Shown piece after piece: positions 16,786 through 26,551 of a stretch of 64,000 bases of DNA (position 1 is the stretch's first letter; the number at the start of each line of letters is the position of its first letter). The stretch is from Paracoccaceae bacterium. GTDB lineage: Bacteria; Pseudomonadota; Alphaproteobacteria; MPNO01; UBA830. Below the pieces are notes generated by a model that ran no database searches, was not told the DNA's origin, and worked only from the letters and a program-made list of their open reading frames with translations. Position numbers and translations under genes: made by a program. The stretch lies in contig JBLIMV010000020.1 in the NCBI GenBank assembly GCA_047638395.1, positions 39,101 to 103,100 on the forward strand, read 5' to 3'.

Positions 16786-18111
16786 ATGGCGGAAGGTCTC
16801 CAGGAACTGATCGAGGCGGCAGCGCAGCATCAGCGGGCCGGACGATTTGACGAGGCCGAGGAATGCTATCGCGCGGCGCTTGGTCTGGGGCCCGATAACC
16901 CGGGCGTTCTGCACAATCTCGGCGCGCTCGTTGCCCGGCGGGGGGAGCCGTCGACGGCGCTCGACCTGTTCGACCGGCTGCTGGCCGCAGAGCCGTATTA
17001 TGCGTCGGCCCATTTCAACCGCGGCAACGCCCTGTGGGCGCTGAACCGCCAGGACGACGCCATACAGGCGTTCAGGGCGGTCGTGGCGCTGGAGCCGGAT
17101 CACCACGATGCCCACCGCGCATTGGGGTTCCTCTGGCTGGCGGCAGGGGATCGCGACCGATCGCTCGATCACTTCGCGCGGACCTATGATCTGCGGCGTG
17201 GCGAAGACCGGAACGGCATGGCGAACCGCTCTCTCCGAATGGCGACGGGGCCCAAGCTGCAGCATGATGCCGACCTGTTTCGCCACCTTCCTGCGCGGGT
17301 GCGCGATGGGCGCCGGTTCGAAACACTGGCACGGCTTTACGAAAGTGTTGTCGTGGACCTTACGGATGAAGCGGTTGAGCTGTCGGACAGCCAGCTCGAA
17401 TCGCTTGGCCCGGATTACAACAGCGCGATCCATTTTCTTGACGCGCCCGAGATTTTCAGTGGCACGGTGAATGGCGCCCTCGATGCCGACGCGATTACGC
17501 GGATGTACCGCGAAACCGAACCGGGGATTGCCTGGTTCGATGATCTGCTGACGCCGAAGGCCCTGGCAATGCTGCAACGGTTCCTGCGCGAAAGCACGAT
17601 CTGGCATGATTTTTCCCATATCGGGGGGTTTGTTGCCACCTATCTGGAAGACGGGCTTGCCTGTCCGCTGGTTCTGCAGGTTGCGGATGAATTTCGCGTG
17701 GCGCTGCCAGATCTTCTCGGCCCCCATACGTTGACCCAGGCATGGGCGTTCAAGGGGCTTCGGGGCGACCAGCCGATTGACGTTCATGCCGACGATGCAG
17801 CGATCAGCCTGAATTTCTGGGTGACACCGGATAGCGCGAACCGTAATCCCGACCGGGGCGGTCTCGCGATTTACCGTGAAGTGCCGCCGCCGGACTGGCC
17901 AATTGTCGATTACGACGCCGACCGGGCGCGTATCCGCGCATTTCTGGACAGCCGTGGCGATTCGGCGGTGATGGTGCCGTACTGCGAAAACCGGGCCGTT
18001 CTGTTTGATTCCCGCCTGTTTCATGGCTCCGACGCCCCTGATTTTGCGCCGGGCTACGAAAACCACAGGATCAACATTACAATGCTGTTCGGAACAGCAG
18101 GCGATTTGTAA
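16786..18111 (+). CDS. TPR-repeat protein with C-terminal cupin/2OG-Fe(II)-oxygenase-like domain (AspH-like architecture)
   Basis: N-terminal TPR-like repeats (RAGRFDEAEECYRAALGLGPDNPGVLHNLGALV..., AHFNRGNALWALNRQDDAIQAFRAVVALEPDHHDAH). The C-terminal domain has a VHADDA (HxD) ... LFHGSD (His) arrangement consistent with a 2-His-1-carboxylate fold. Domain assignment is inferred, not proven. Confidence 0.6.
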   Translation: MAEGLQELIEAAAQHQRAGRFDEAEECYRAALGLGPDNPGVLHNLGALVARRGEPSTALDLFDRLLAAEPYYASAHFNRGNALWALNRQDDAIQAFRAVVALEPDHHDAHRALGFLWLAAGDRDRSLDHFARTYDLRRGEDRNGMANRSLRMATGPKLQHDADLFRHLPARVRDGRRFETLARLYESVVVDLTDEAVELSDSQLESLGPDYNSAIHFLDAPEIFSGTVNGALDADAITRMYRETEPGIAWFDDLLTPKALAMLQRFLRESTIWHDFSHIGGFVATYLEDGLACPLVLQVADEFRVALPDLLGPHTLTQAWAFKGLRGDQPIDVHADDAAISLNFWVTPDSANRNPDRGGLAIYREVPPPDWPIVDYDADRARIRAFLDSRGDSAVMVPYCENRAVLFDSRLFHGSDAPDFAPGYENHRINITMLFGTAGDL

Positions 18112-18191
18112 CAAAAATGGAACAAGTCTTTATTTTGGTACAAACTCCGCCTATAAATACCCCATACGAATGATCCAATAGAAGTGATCCC
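18112..18191 (+). promoter_or_regulatory. AT-rich intergenic segment, putative promoter of the pyrK/pyrD-like operon
   Basis: tctttattttggtacaaactccgcctataaatacc is strikingly AT-rich for this genome. It contains TATAAAT-like and TTGGTA/TTTATT elements. Spacing to -35 candidates is ambiguous. Confidence 0.25.
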
Positions 18192-19064
18192 ATGAACGAT
18201 CTCGCCCCGAACAAAAAATACACGAATGCCGCGATCCCGGTTGGAGGTGTGGACCCGCATCCTGACAAACCGGTCGGCGAATTCTTAACCGATGTCGTCT
18301 CGAACGATTGGGTGAACGGCGAATACAAGCTGCTGGTCGTGCGTGCTGCCGAGCGCGCGCTCACCGCCTATGCCGGACAGTTCTATCATTTGCTGTGCCC
18401 GTCGCCGGATGGCGCCGAGGTCTGGATGCGCCGGCCGATGAGTATCTACAAGGTCGACAAGGCCGCAGGCTGTCTTGAATTTCTTTATAAATGCGAAGGC
18501 CGCGGCACACAGGGAATGGCGACGCTCGAAGCAGGCGATACGTTCAACGTGACCGGGCCATTGGGTGTTGGCTTTTCGCTCGACCCGGCCTGGAAGAATA
18601 TTGTCGTGCTCGGCCGCGGGGTCGGTCTTGCGACCCTGGCGCCCCTGTCGCAACTTGCCGCCGAAAACGGCGTCGGCGTGACAGCCATCCTCAGCGCGCG
18701 TAAATCCGACCTCGTCATGTCGGAAGACCTGTTCGAGGAACTGGGGGCTGCAACGATCACCGTGGTTGACGAAGACGGCAGCAGCGCCGTCGAGAATGTC
18801 GAGGAGATCCTCGAAAAACTGATTGCCGACGGCAAGGCGGATGCGTTCTTTACCTGCGGGTCGAGCCGCCTGCTCAAACTGATGCAGAAGCTCGGCAAGA
18901 AACATGACGTGCCCGGGCAGGTCGCGATGGAGCAGATCATGGTCTGCGGCATCGGTGCCTGTTACGTGTGCATGCGGACGTTCGAGATAAACGGTGAAAA
19001 GACCCTCAAACGCGTGTGTCGCGAAGGGCCGGTATTCAATATGCAGGAGGCAGTGGGATGGTAG
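18192..19064 (+). CDS. PyrK-like FAD/NAD(P)-binding electron-transfer subunit with 2Fe-2S motif
   Basis: C-terminal CGIGACYVC cluster motif and ferredoxin-reductase-type fold length, as in dihydroorotate dehydrogenase B electron-transfer subunits. Confidence 0.8.
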   Translation: MNDLAPNKKYTNAAIPVGGVDPHPDKPVGEFLTDVVSNDWVNGEYKLLVVRAAERALTAYAGQFYHLLCPSPDGAEVWMRRPMSIYKVDKAAGCLEFLYKCEGRGTQGMATLEAGDTFNVTGPLGVGFSLDPAWKNIVVLGRGVGLATLAPLSQLAAENGVGVTAILSARKSDLVMSEDLFEELGAATITVVDEDGSSAVENVEEILEKLIADGKADAFFTCGSSRLLKLMQKLGKKHDVPGQVAMEQIMVCGIGACYVCMRTFEINGEKTLKRVCREGPVFNMQEAVGW

Positions 19065-20005
19065 ATCTTTCGGTAAAAATCGGCGACCTGACGTTTCAGA
19101 ATCCGATCCAGCCCGCCTCCGGCGCGTTTTCCTGGGAATATAACGAGGTCATCGATCTCAACCGGCTGGGTGCGCTAGTGGCGAAAACCATCTGCCGCGA
19201 GCCACGCCTCGGCAACCCGACCCCGCGCATGGCGGAGACGGAGGCCGGGATCATCCAGTCCATCGGCCTGCCGGGCAAGGGGATCGACTATTTCCTCGAG
19301 AACATCGTGCCGGAATACGCGAAATTCGAGCCGCCGCTGGTGGTCAGCGTATCATCTGAATCGGCGGAAGACTTTGCCGAGCTGGCGCGCGAACTGAGCG
19401 TGCCCGATGTCGACGTGATCGAATGCAACATCTCGTGTCCGACCCGCAACACGACCGGCGGCAACTTCGCGATGCAGGAAGATCACACCAAGATGGTGAT
19501 GGAAGGCATCCGTGCCGCGACCGACAAGCCGGTCTGGGCCAAGCTGTCACCGAATGCGGGCGACCTCGTGTCAGTTGCACTTGCCGCGGAAGAGGCAGGG
19601 GCCGATGCGCTGGTGATCGCCAACACGTTCCTATCGCTCAAAATCCGCACCGATAATTTCCGCCCCGCGCTTGGCAACAAGTTCGGCGGCATGGTGTCTC
19701 CGGCCCTGAAACCGATCGTGCTGCGCATGGTCTATCAGGTGGCCAAGGAAGTGAATATTCCGGTCATCGGCGTTGGCGGGGTGACGAAGGCGGAAGACGT
19801 TGTCGAATACATGCTGGCCGGCGCGCACGCGGTCGGTATCGGCTATGCCGGGTTCCGCAACCCGTCGGCGCTGACCACCATTATCGACGATCTCGAGACC
19901 TGGTGCGATGAGCGCGGCATTGAAAAGGTCACGGACCTGATCGGCGCGGTCAAAGACGAAGATATGGAAATGGATCCGCTGGTTGCTGCGTCTCACGGCG
20001 TCTGA
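19058..20005 (+). CDS. Dihydroorotate-dehydrogenase-family (class 1B-like) catalytic subunit
   Basis: NISCPT active-site motif on a TIM barrel with FMN-binding glycine-rich C-terminus (IGVGGV). ATG overlaps the pyrK-like stop (ATGGTAG) and is preceded by AGGAGG. The track ORF's GTG at 19016 is less likely. Confidence 0.8.
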   Translation: MVDLSVKIGDLTFQNPIQPASGAFSWEYNEVIDLNRLGALVAKTICREPRLGNPTPRMAETEAGIIQSIGLPGKGIDYFLENIVPEYAKFEPPLVVSVSSESAEDFAELARELSVPDVDVIECNISCPTRNTTGGNFAMQEDHTKMVMEGIRAATDKPVWAKLSPNAGDLVSVALAAEEAGADALVIANTFLSLKIRTDNFRPALGNKFGGMVSPALKPIVLRMVYQVAKEVNIPVIGVGGVTKAEDVVEYMLAGAHAVGIGYAGFRNPSALTTIIDDLETWCDERGIEKVTDLIGAVKDEDMEMDPLVAASHGV

Positions 20006-20011
20006 TCGCGC

Positions 20012-21658
20012 ATGGGGATGACCCCGACATTGCCGCCGGATGGGCCAACGCTAAAGACCTATTACGAGTCCGGTGCATGGGGGTCGCAGACGATTTACGA
20101 CATTGTCCGGGCGCATAGCGCGGCCCGGCCGGACGCTGCAGCCGTCACCAGCAGTTTCCGGACGTGGTCATGGGCGGAACTTGTCGATCTGATCGACGCG
20201 TTCGCTGCGGATCTCGCCGACCGGGGCCTGGTACAGGGCGACACTATTTTTGTCGGCGCGCCAAACCGGATCGAAACCATTATTGCCCTGTTGGCGGCCT
20301 CCCGTGACGGTTTTGTCTGCTGTCCGTCCCCCCATCGCAATCACACCGTTGCTGAAATCGCCGCGATGTGTGAACGCGCAGCCTGTGCCGCTTATATCCA
20401 CTGTCCCGGCCACGGCTCGGACGCAGGGGGTGACGAGATTCTCGGCCTGATCGGCGCGCTGCCGTCACTTCGCCATATCTATGTATTACCCGGGGACGGG
20501 ATGGCGGCACCCTTCGAGGGTGCACTGAAAATCGCCCCCGACGATGCCGTACCACCCACCGGCAATCCCGATCTGGTTACATATCTCGCCTTCACCTCCG
20601 GCTCTACGGGGGCGCCGAAGGGCGTGATGCACAGCGATAACTCGCAGCTTGTGGCCGCGCGCGGTATCGCCGGCGCATGGGATCTCGACGCCGATACGGT
20701 AACGCTCTCGCTCAGCCCGTTCAGCCACAATCTGGGCTGCGGGACCCTGTGGACGTCTCTTGTCGTTGGAGGTGAATTTGTTCTTCATGACTGGTCGCGT
20801 GGCGAAAGCCTGCTGGACCATATCGAGACCGCTTGCGTCGATTACCTCGTCGGTGTGCCAACCCATGCGATGGACCTGCTGGCCGAGTTGAAGACGCGCG
20901 GTGCCAAGAAATACGATCGGCTCAAAAGCTTTCGTGTCTCGGCAGCGGCTTGTCCCGAACATGTTGCCGCGGCGTTGTACGATTATGGTATCCCGGTCCA
21001 AAAGGGCTATGGCATGACCGAAACCAATGGTCATCAATACGGCCAACCGGGGGATTCCCGCGATCTGGTGATCGGTACGTCCGGCGTGTGTTGTCCCGGG
21101 TATGAATTGCGTATTTTCGACGCGAACGATCCGGATCGCGCAGCAGAACCGGGTATGTCGGGGCTGGTCGGCGGCAAAGGGGCGTCACTGATGCTCGGGT
21201 ACTTTAACGATCGCAAGGCGAGCGAAGACTGCATCAATGCATCCGGGTGGTTCCTGACGGGTGATCTCGGCATGATCGACGAAAATGGCTACCTGCGGCT
21301 GACCGGCCGCGCGAAGGAACTGATTGTGCGCGGCGGGCACAACATCAATCCGAACCTGCTCGAAGATCTTGCTTTGCGGCACCCGGCAATCGATCTCGTG
21401 GCCGCAATCCCGGTGGCGGACGACCGGCTCGGCGAACGGGCCTGCCTTGCCGTGATGTTCGAGGACGGGCAGGCCGTCCCGGCATCGGAAATACTGACGC
21501 ATCTCGCCGATGAAGGCCTGTCGCGCTATGACATGCCTGAATTCTGGCTGCCGCTTGCCGACATTCCGCTGATGCCGAACGGCAAGATGGAAAAACTGGA
21601 AATCATCCGCCGCGTGCGCGATGGTTCGCTGGTGCCCGTACCGGTCGCGGCGGGCTGA
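20012..21658 (+). CDS. AMP-dependent synthetase/ligase (acyl- or aryl-CoA synthetase)
   Basis: AMP-binding motif FTSGSTGAPKGV plus YGMTET and GWFLTGDLG. 548 aa. Confidence 0.85.
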   Translation: MGMTPTLPPDGPTLKTYYESGAWGSQTIYDIVRAHSAARPDAAAVTSSFRTWSWAELVDLIDAFAADLADRGLVQGDTIFVGAPNRIETIIALLAASRDGFVCCPSPHRNHTVAEIAAMCERAACAAYIHCPGHGSDAGGDEILGLIGALPSLRHIYVLPGDGMAAPFEGALKIAPDDAVPPTGNPDLVTYLAFTSGSTGAPKGVMHSDNSQLVAARGIAGAWDLDADTVTLSLSPFSHNLGCGTLWTSLVVGGEFVLHDWSRGESLLDHIETACVDYLVGVPTHAMDLLAELKTRGAKKYDRLKSFRVSAAACPEHVAAALYDYGIPVQKGYGMTETNGHQYGQPGDSRDLVIGTSGVCCPGYELRIFDANDPDRAAEPGMSGLVGGKGASLMLGYFNDRKASEDCINASGWFLTGDLGMIDENGYLRLTGRAKELIVRGGHNINPNLLEDLALRHPAIDLVAAIPVADDRLGERACLAVMFEDGQAVPASEILTHLADEGLSRYDMPEFWLPLADIPLMPNGKMEKLEIIRRVRDGSLVPVPVAAG

Positions 21659-21683
21659 CCAACATTCCAACCGGAGAAGACTG

Positions 21684-22676
21684 ATGCGCGCTGTCGTGCT
21701 CAATGAATACGGATCGCTCAATAATCTGTCGCTGACGGAATTTGCTGACCCGGTGCCGGGCCCGGAAGACATTATTGTCGATGTCCGCGCGACGGCCGTG
21801 AACTATGTCGATCTGGTCATCATCAATGGCAAGTATCAGTTCAAACCCGACGTGCCGTTCGTACCGGGCAAGGGCCCGGCGGGTATCGTGAAATCGGTTG
21901 GTGCGAAGGTTACGAATTTTGCACCGGGGGACCGGGTGCTGGCGATGGCGGAGCAGGGCGGGTATGCCGCTCTGACGCCGATCCATCGGAACAACTGCTA
22001 TCACCTGCCTGACGAAATGTCGTTTGCCGACGCAGCATCGATGGCGCTTGTCTACGATACCGCATGGTTCTCGCTGGTCGAGCGTGGCCGCTTTTCCGCC
22101 GGCGAGACGGTGCTGGTGCTGGGGGCTTCCGGCGGGGTTGGGCTGGCGGCCGTTCAGCTGGTGCGGGCAATGGGCGGGCACGCGCTGGCGGGCATTGCCA
22201 ACCTGGACAAAGCAGATCTGGTGCGCGATGCCGGCGCCGAGGCCGTGATCGACCTTGCTGCCGACGACCTTCGCAATTCACTGCGCGATCAGGTTTTCGC
22301 CGTCACGGACGGGGTGGGTGCCGATGTCGTTATCGATCCGCTCGGCGATGATATTTTCGATGCGGCACTTCGCGCGGTGGCGTGGCGCGGGCGGATGGTT
22401 GTCATCGGGTTTGCGGCCGGGCGGATCCCGACGCTCAAGGCAAACTATCTGCTGGTGAAAAATATCGATGTCGGCGGACTGCAGATCAGCGATTACCGCC
22501 GCCGCCGGCCCGATCTGACGGCAAAATGCTTCGCAGAGATATTCTCGCTTTATGAAGCCGGAAAGATTTCCGCCCTACCAACGGTGACGCATTCCATAGA
22601 GGACTTCAGCCAGGCCCTCCAGGATGTGCAGGACCGGAACGTGCGTGGCCGGATCGTGCTGACACAGGACGACTAG
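21684..22676 (+). CDS. Zinc-type alcohol dehydrogenase-like / quinone oxidoreductase (MDR superfamily)
   Basis: LVLGASGGVGLAAVQL Rossmann motif. Start at MRAVVLNEYG after SD ggagaag, 21 codons into the track ORF. Confidence 0.8.
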   Translation: MRAVVLNEYGSLNNLSLTEFADPVPGPEDIIVDVRATAVNYVDLVIINGKYQFKPDVPFVPGKGPAGIVKSVGAKVTNFAPGDRVLAMAEQGGYAALTPIHRNNCYHLPDEMSFADAASMALVYDTAWFSLVERGRFSAGETVLVLGASGGVGLAAVQLVRAMGGHALAGIANLDKADLVRDAGAEAVIDLAADDLRNSLRDQVFAVTDGVGADVVIDPLGDDIFDAALRAVAWRGRMVVIGFAAGRIPTLKANYLLVKNIDVGGLQISDYRRRRPDLTAKCFAEIFSLYEAGKISALPTVTHSIEDFSQALQDVQDRNVRGRIVLTQDD

Positions 22677-22706
22677 CGTCTCGGGCAGCGCACAGGAGTT
22701 TGCGCC

Positions 22707-23546
22707 TCAGGTGTCGTCGTCGTCCCAGTAGCCTTCGCGCATGCGTTCACCGATATCGCAGCCCTTTGTATAGGTATAGCCGTTCGGGGCTGGCCGCACG
22801 TTCTGTGGTGGTGCGATCTGCGCCCGGATGAAACCTGATGGCTGCGTGTGCGGAATCCCGGCAATCTCCAAGACCAGTTTCTTTCGGATCGCGCGGGCAA
22901 AATCCTTGAAATCCCGGGCAACGACCAGGAACGCACCGGGACCGCCGATGACGCAGCCGCGGTAGTAATTATCCAGATCAGGCAGGTTGTAGCGGCTGAA
23001 AACGTTGTTGCGCTCGTTGATGATGGGCAGGCCGTTAATCGTGATCTGCCGGGCGATTGTCTCGTCGCGTACCTTATCGACAAGGCGGCCAAAGTTATTG
23101 GGCCCGTCGCCCGATACATCAATCACACGGCGTGTGCCTTCAATATCGTTGCCATCGATCAGCTGGGCGGCCTGTTCAAGGGCGTCACTGATCGATGTGC
23201 GGCGACCGAACGTCAGTTCTGACTGCAAAAGGGTGTCGGCAAACGCATAGGCGCTTTTCTTATCGCGGATTATCCGCCAGTCGATCAGCAGCTTGTTCCA
23301 GTCGCGGCTCGAATAATCGATATAGGAGACCGCGATGCGTTGGAGGACGCCCGATTGAATCGCGTCGATGACCTGTTTGCTGCGAAAGGCGGCAGCGATT
23401 CCCTGGCGTTGTAGCCGCGCCTCGTCACTATCAATGCTGCGCGACACATCGGTCGCGATCACCAGCTCAAGATCGACATATTCCTTCGCAGTCGCCGGAC
23501 TGGCAATCGCAAGAAGCGCCGCGAAAACGAGGAATCTGCGTTTCAT
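22707..23546 (-). CDS. Secreted DUF1194 (vWA-like) family protein
   Basis: Signal peptide MKRRFLVFAALLAIASPATA. The DxSxS-like LVIATDVSRSID motif and overall layout match DUF1194 proteins common in alphaproteobacteria. Start at the internal Met 50 codons into the track ORF. Confidence 0.55.
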   Translation of the reverse strand: MKRRFLVFAALLAIASPATAKEYVDLELVIATDVSRSIDSDEARLQRQGIAAAFRSKQVIDAIQSGVLQRIAVSYIDYSSRDWNKLLIDWRIIRDKKSAYAFADTLLQSELTFGRRTSISDALEQAAQLIDGNDIEGTRRVIDVSGDGPNNFGRLVDKVRDETIARQITINGLPIINERNNVFSRYNLPDLDNYYRGCVIGGPGAFLVVARDFKDFARAIRKKLVLEIAGIPHTQPSGFIRAQIAPPQNVRPAPNGYTYTKGCDIGERMREGYWDDDDT

Positions 23547-23759
23547 GATTTCAACCTCTGTCCGAGTATACCGATTTAACGATTCACGGCACCCGAATCC
23601 CTCGCCGTCATGTGCAACTGATTTTAGGTATATATCCGCCCTAAATTGGCTTGCAGTGTACGGCAGGGAGTTGCCTAACGGCGGTCGGCGGGTCAATATC
23701 GCGCACCGACTTTCGCCCGGACAAAAGCCCGGAACCAGTAAACAGGGAACAAATTACCC

Positions 23760-25289
23760 ATGAACGAAGAAGCGCCGAACAAGGCCGCAAATGCCCAGAA
23801 CGAACCTATTCAGGACCTCCGGCAATGGCTGGAAGCGGTCGAGGAGATCAATGAGCTGGTGAAGGTGTCCGAACCTGTCAGCCGCGATCAGGAAATGAGC
23901 GCCATTGGGTACCTGCTCGCCAAGCAGCAACCTTCGCCGACGGTGATGTTTGAAAAAACCGTCGGTTTTGAAGATGACGGAATCGGCGCGCGGTTGCTCT
24001 GGAACCTGGCTGGACCCAGCTTGAAGCGTATTGCGATTACGCTCGGCGAGTCGCCCGAAATGAACACGACCGACCTGATCGAAAAGGTCAAAGGCAAGCT
24101 GATGAAGCGCATCCCGCCGCGCGAAGTCGCTGCGGACGAAGCGCCGGTGTTCGAAAACACGCTGACCGGCGACGATATCGATCTCGACAAGTTTCCGATC
24201 CCGATGCACTGGCCGCTGGATGGTGGGCGTTATCCCGGCACCGCCGATTGCGTCATCACCCGCGATCCCGATAGCGGCTATCTGAATGTCGGTACCTACC
24301 GGATGATGCAGCAGGGCAAGCGCGAAGCCGGTCTGTACCTTTCGCCCGGCAAGGATGCGCGGTTGCATATCGAACGCGCTTGGGAGCGCGGTGAATCGAT
24401 TGAAGTTGCAGCGGCCTGGGGGGTCGATCCGATCTTCATGCTGGTCGGCTCACAGGGCTTCCCGAAGAACATCTCGGAATACGAATTTATCGGTGGTATC
24501 CGCGATCAGGCGGTGTCTGTCGTGAAGGGTAAAACCACGGACCTGCTGATCCCCGCCAATGCGGAACTGGTGATCGAAGGCGTGCTCAAACCAGGCTCGA
24601 TGAAGGGCGAAGGCCCGTTCGGTGAGTTCACCGGCTATTATGGCCGGCCAGAGGGTGATGCGCCGCTGGTGGAAATTACCGCGCTTCATCATCGCAATCA
24701 GCCGATCATGACGAATGCGCTGATGGCGGACTATCCGTCCTGCGAACAGAGCGGGTTTTTCGCCATTATCCGCTCGGCGCGTGTGTGGAACGATTTCGAC
24801 AAGCTCGGTATTCCGGGGATTCAGGGCGTGTATTGTCACCCCGCCGCCGCCGGTGGCTGGGGTATGACGGTCATCAGCGTCGAGCAGCGTTATGCCGGCC
24901 ATGCAGCGCAGGTACTGGCGCTGGCTGCGCAGGTGCCGGGCGGCGCCTATTACACGAAATGGATCATTGCCGTTGATGAGGATGTCGATCCCTGCGATAT
25001 GGATCAGGTCCTCTGGGCGATGGCCAGCCGCAGCAACCCGATTGATGATATCGATATCCTGCGCAATACGTGGAGCACCCAGCTCGACCCGAGCCAGTAT
25101 CCGCCCGAGAACCGCCCCTATGGGTCAAAGGCGCTGATCAATGCGTGCAAGGATCACAAGAACCTGAAGAATTTTTCCAAGCGGACAATGCTCAGCAAGG
25201 AAATCTACGACAAGGTGTCTGCAGACTGGGAACGGCTGGGGCTGCCGGGAGAAGTGCCCCATGTCCGTAATTTCGAAAAGGACGTGTGA
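23760..25289 (+). CDS. UbiD-family decarboxylase, paralog 2
   Basis: 509 aa. UbiD-like central region (ITRDPDSGYLNVGTYRMM, GEGPFGEFTGYYG) matches paralog 1 (PFGEFPGTYG). Confidence 0.85.
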   Translation: MNEEAPNKAANAQNEPIQDLRQWLEAVEEINELVKVSEPVSRDQEMSAIGYLLAKQQPSPTVMFEKTVGFEDDGIGARLLWNLAGPSLKRIAITLGESPEMNTTDLIEKVKGKLMKRIPPREVAADEAPVFENTLTGDDIDLDKFPIPMHWPLDGGRYPGTADCVITRDPDSGYLNVGTYRMMQQGKREAGLYLSPGKDARLHIERAWERGESIEVAAAWGVDPIFMLVGSQGFPKNISEYEFIGGIRDQAVSVVKGKTTDLLIPANAELVIEGVLKPGSMKGEGPFGEFTGYYGRPEGDAPLVEITALHHRNQPIMTNALMADYPSCEQSGFFAIIRSARVWNDFDKLGIPGIQGVYCHPAAAGGWGMTVISVEQRYAGHAAQVLALAAQVPGGAYYTKWIIAVDEDVDPCDMDQVLWAMASRSNPIDDIDILRNTWSTQLDPSQYPPENRPYGSKALINACKDHKNLKNFSKRTMLSKEIYDKVSADWERLGLPGEVPHVRNFEKDV

Positions 25290-25325
25290 CGCAGCAGGGT
25301 TTCGCGGCAAGGAGTCGGGGCGGGC

Positions 25326-26390
25326 TTACTTTTCGGGAAAGTGGCGCCGGGTGCGGTTCGCAAAAGCAACGAGCGACAGCATAACCGGCACCTCGACCAG
25401 AACACCCACGACCGTTGCGAGGGCGGCACCCGAGTTCAGCCCGAAGACGCTTATCGCAACGGCGACGGCAAGTTCGAAGAAATTGGATGTGCCGATAAGG
25501 GCGCAGGGTGCGGCAACGTTAAACGGCACCCGCCACGCCCAGGCCGCACCATAGGCGATGGCAAAAATCCCGTATGACTGGATGATCAGCGGGGCGGCGA
25601 TCAGCGCGATCAGAAGGGGCTGTTCAATAATAACATTGCCCTGGAAGCCGAAGAGCAGCACCACTGTCGCCAGTAACCCGATTACCGAAAACGGCTTGAT
25701 GCCGCCGACAAACCGCGCGACGGCTTCATCGCGGCCTTCTTTCCGGTTCGCGTGACGCATCAATTGTTCGCGGGTGATGTATCCGGCGATCAACGGGATC
25801 ACGACATATAACCCGACCGAGAGCAGCAACGTTTCCCACGGAACGGCGATATCCGTGACGCCCAGCAGCAGGGCGACAATCGGCGCGAAGGCGAAGATCA
25901 TGATCACGTCGTTGATCGATACCTGAACCAGCGTGTAGGTCGCGTCGCCCTTGGTCATCTGCGACCAGACAAAGACCATTGCGGTGCAGGGTGCTGCGCC
26001 GAGCAGTATCAGCCCGCCGATGTATTCCTGGGCGTCTTTCGGCGAGATCAGATCAGCGAACAGAACCTCGAAAAACAGAACGCCGAGCGCGGCCATCGTG
26101 AACGGTTTGATCAGCCAGTTAACGGCAAGGGTAATGATCAGCCCTTTTGGCCGGTCGCCGATATGGCGGATGCTGGAGAAGTCGACATTCACCATCATCG
26201 GATAAACCATCGCCCAGATAAGAATGGCGACGACGAGGTTCACCGACGCATATTCCCAGCCGGCAATGACCGCGAAGGCGCCCGGCACGGCATTGCCCAG
26301 TGCCAAGCCGGCGACGATACACAAGCCTACCCAGACAGAGAGCCATTTTTCGAAAAACCCGATGCCGGCGGCTGGTTCGGACTCTGCCAT
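25326..26390 (-). CDS. acr3: ACR3-family arsenite efflux transporter
   Basis: 354-aa polytopic membrane protein with ACR3 hallmarks, including [18 protein letters not shown] (conserved Cys) and overall ACR3 similarity. Confidence 0.85.
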   Translation of the reverse strand: MAESEPAAGIGFFEKWLSVWVGLCIVAGLALGNAVPGAFAVIAGWEYASVNLVVAILIWAMVYPMMVNVDFSSIRHIGDRPKGLIITLAVNWLIKPFTMAALGVLFFEVLFADLISPKDAQEYIGGLILLGAAPCTAMVFVWSQMTKGDATYTLVQVSINDVIMIFAFAPIVALLLGVTDIAVPWETLLLSVGLYVVIPLIAGYITREQLMRHANRKEGRDEAVARFVGGIKPFSVIGLLATVVLLFGFQGNVIIEQPLLIALIAAPLIIQSYGIFAIAYGAAWAWRVPFNVAAPCALIGTSNFFELAVAVAISVFGLNSGAALATVVGVLVEVPVMLSLVAFANRTRRHFPEK

Positions 26391-26551
26391 GTTGTGCGTT
26401 CCTGGTTCGGTTGGATCAGAAGTCGTTCAGGCGCCCGCTGCCCGATTGAGGCGGGGGTATTACAGAAGGGGGTATCTGCGCCAGTGGTTTGACGCTGAAA
26501 ATACTATGTCAAACATGAGCTTCCAAGTTTGCACTTTTATGACAACCGGGA

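Noticed and set aside
16765-18114. 449-aa minus-strand ORF mirroring the TPR-oxygenase gene
   Set aside because: The plus-strand frame has recognisable TPR repeats and is translationally coupled to the XRE gene. The minus ORF is a typical high-GC shadow ORF.
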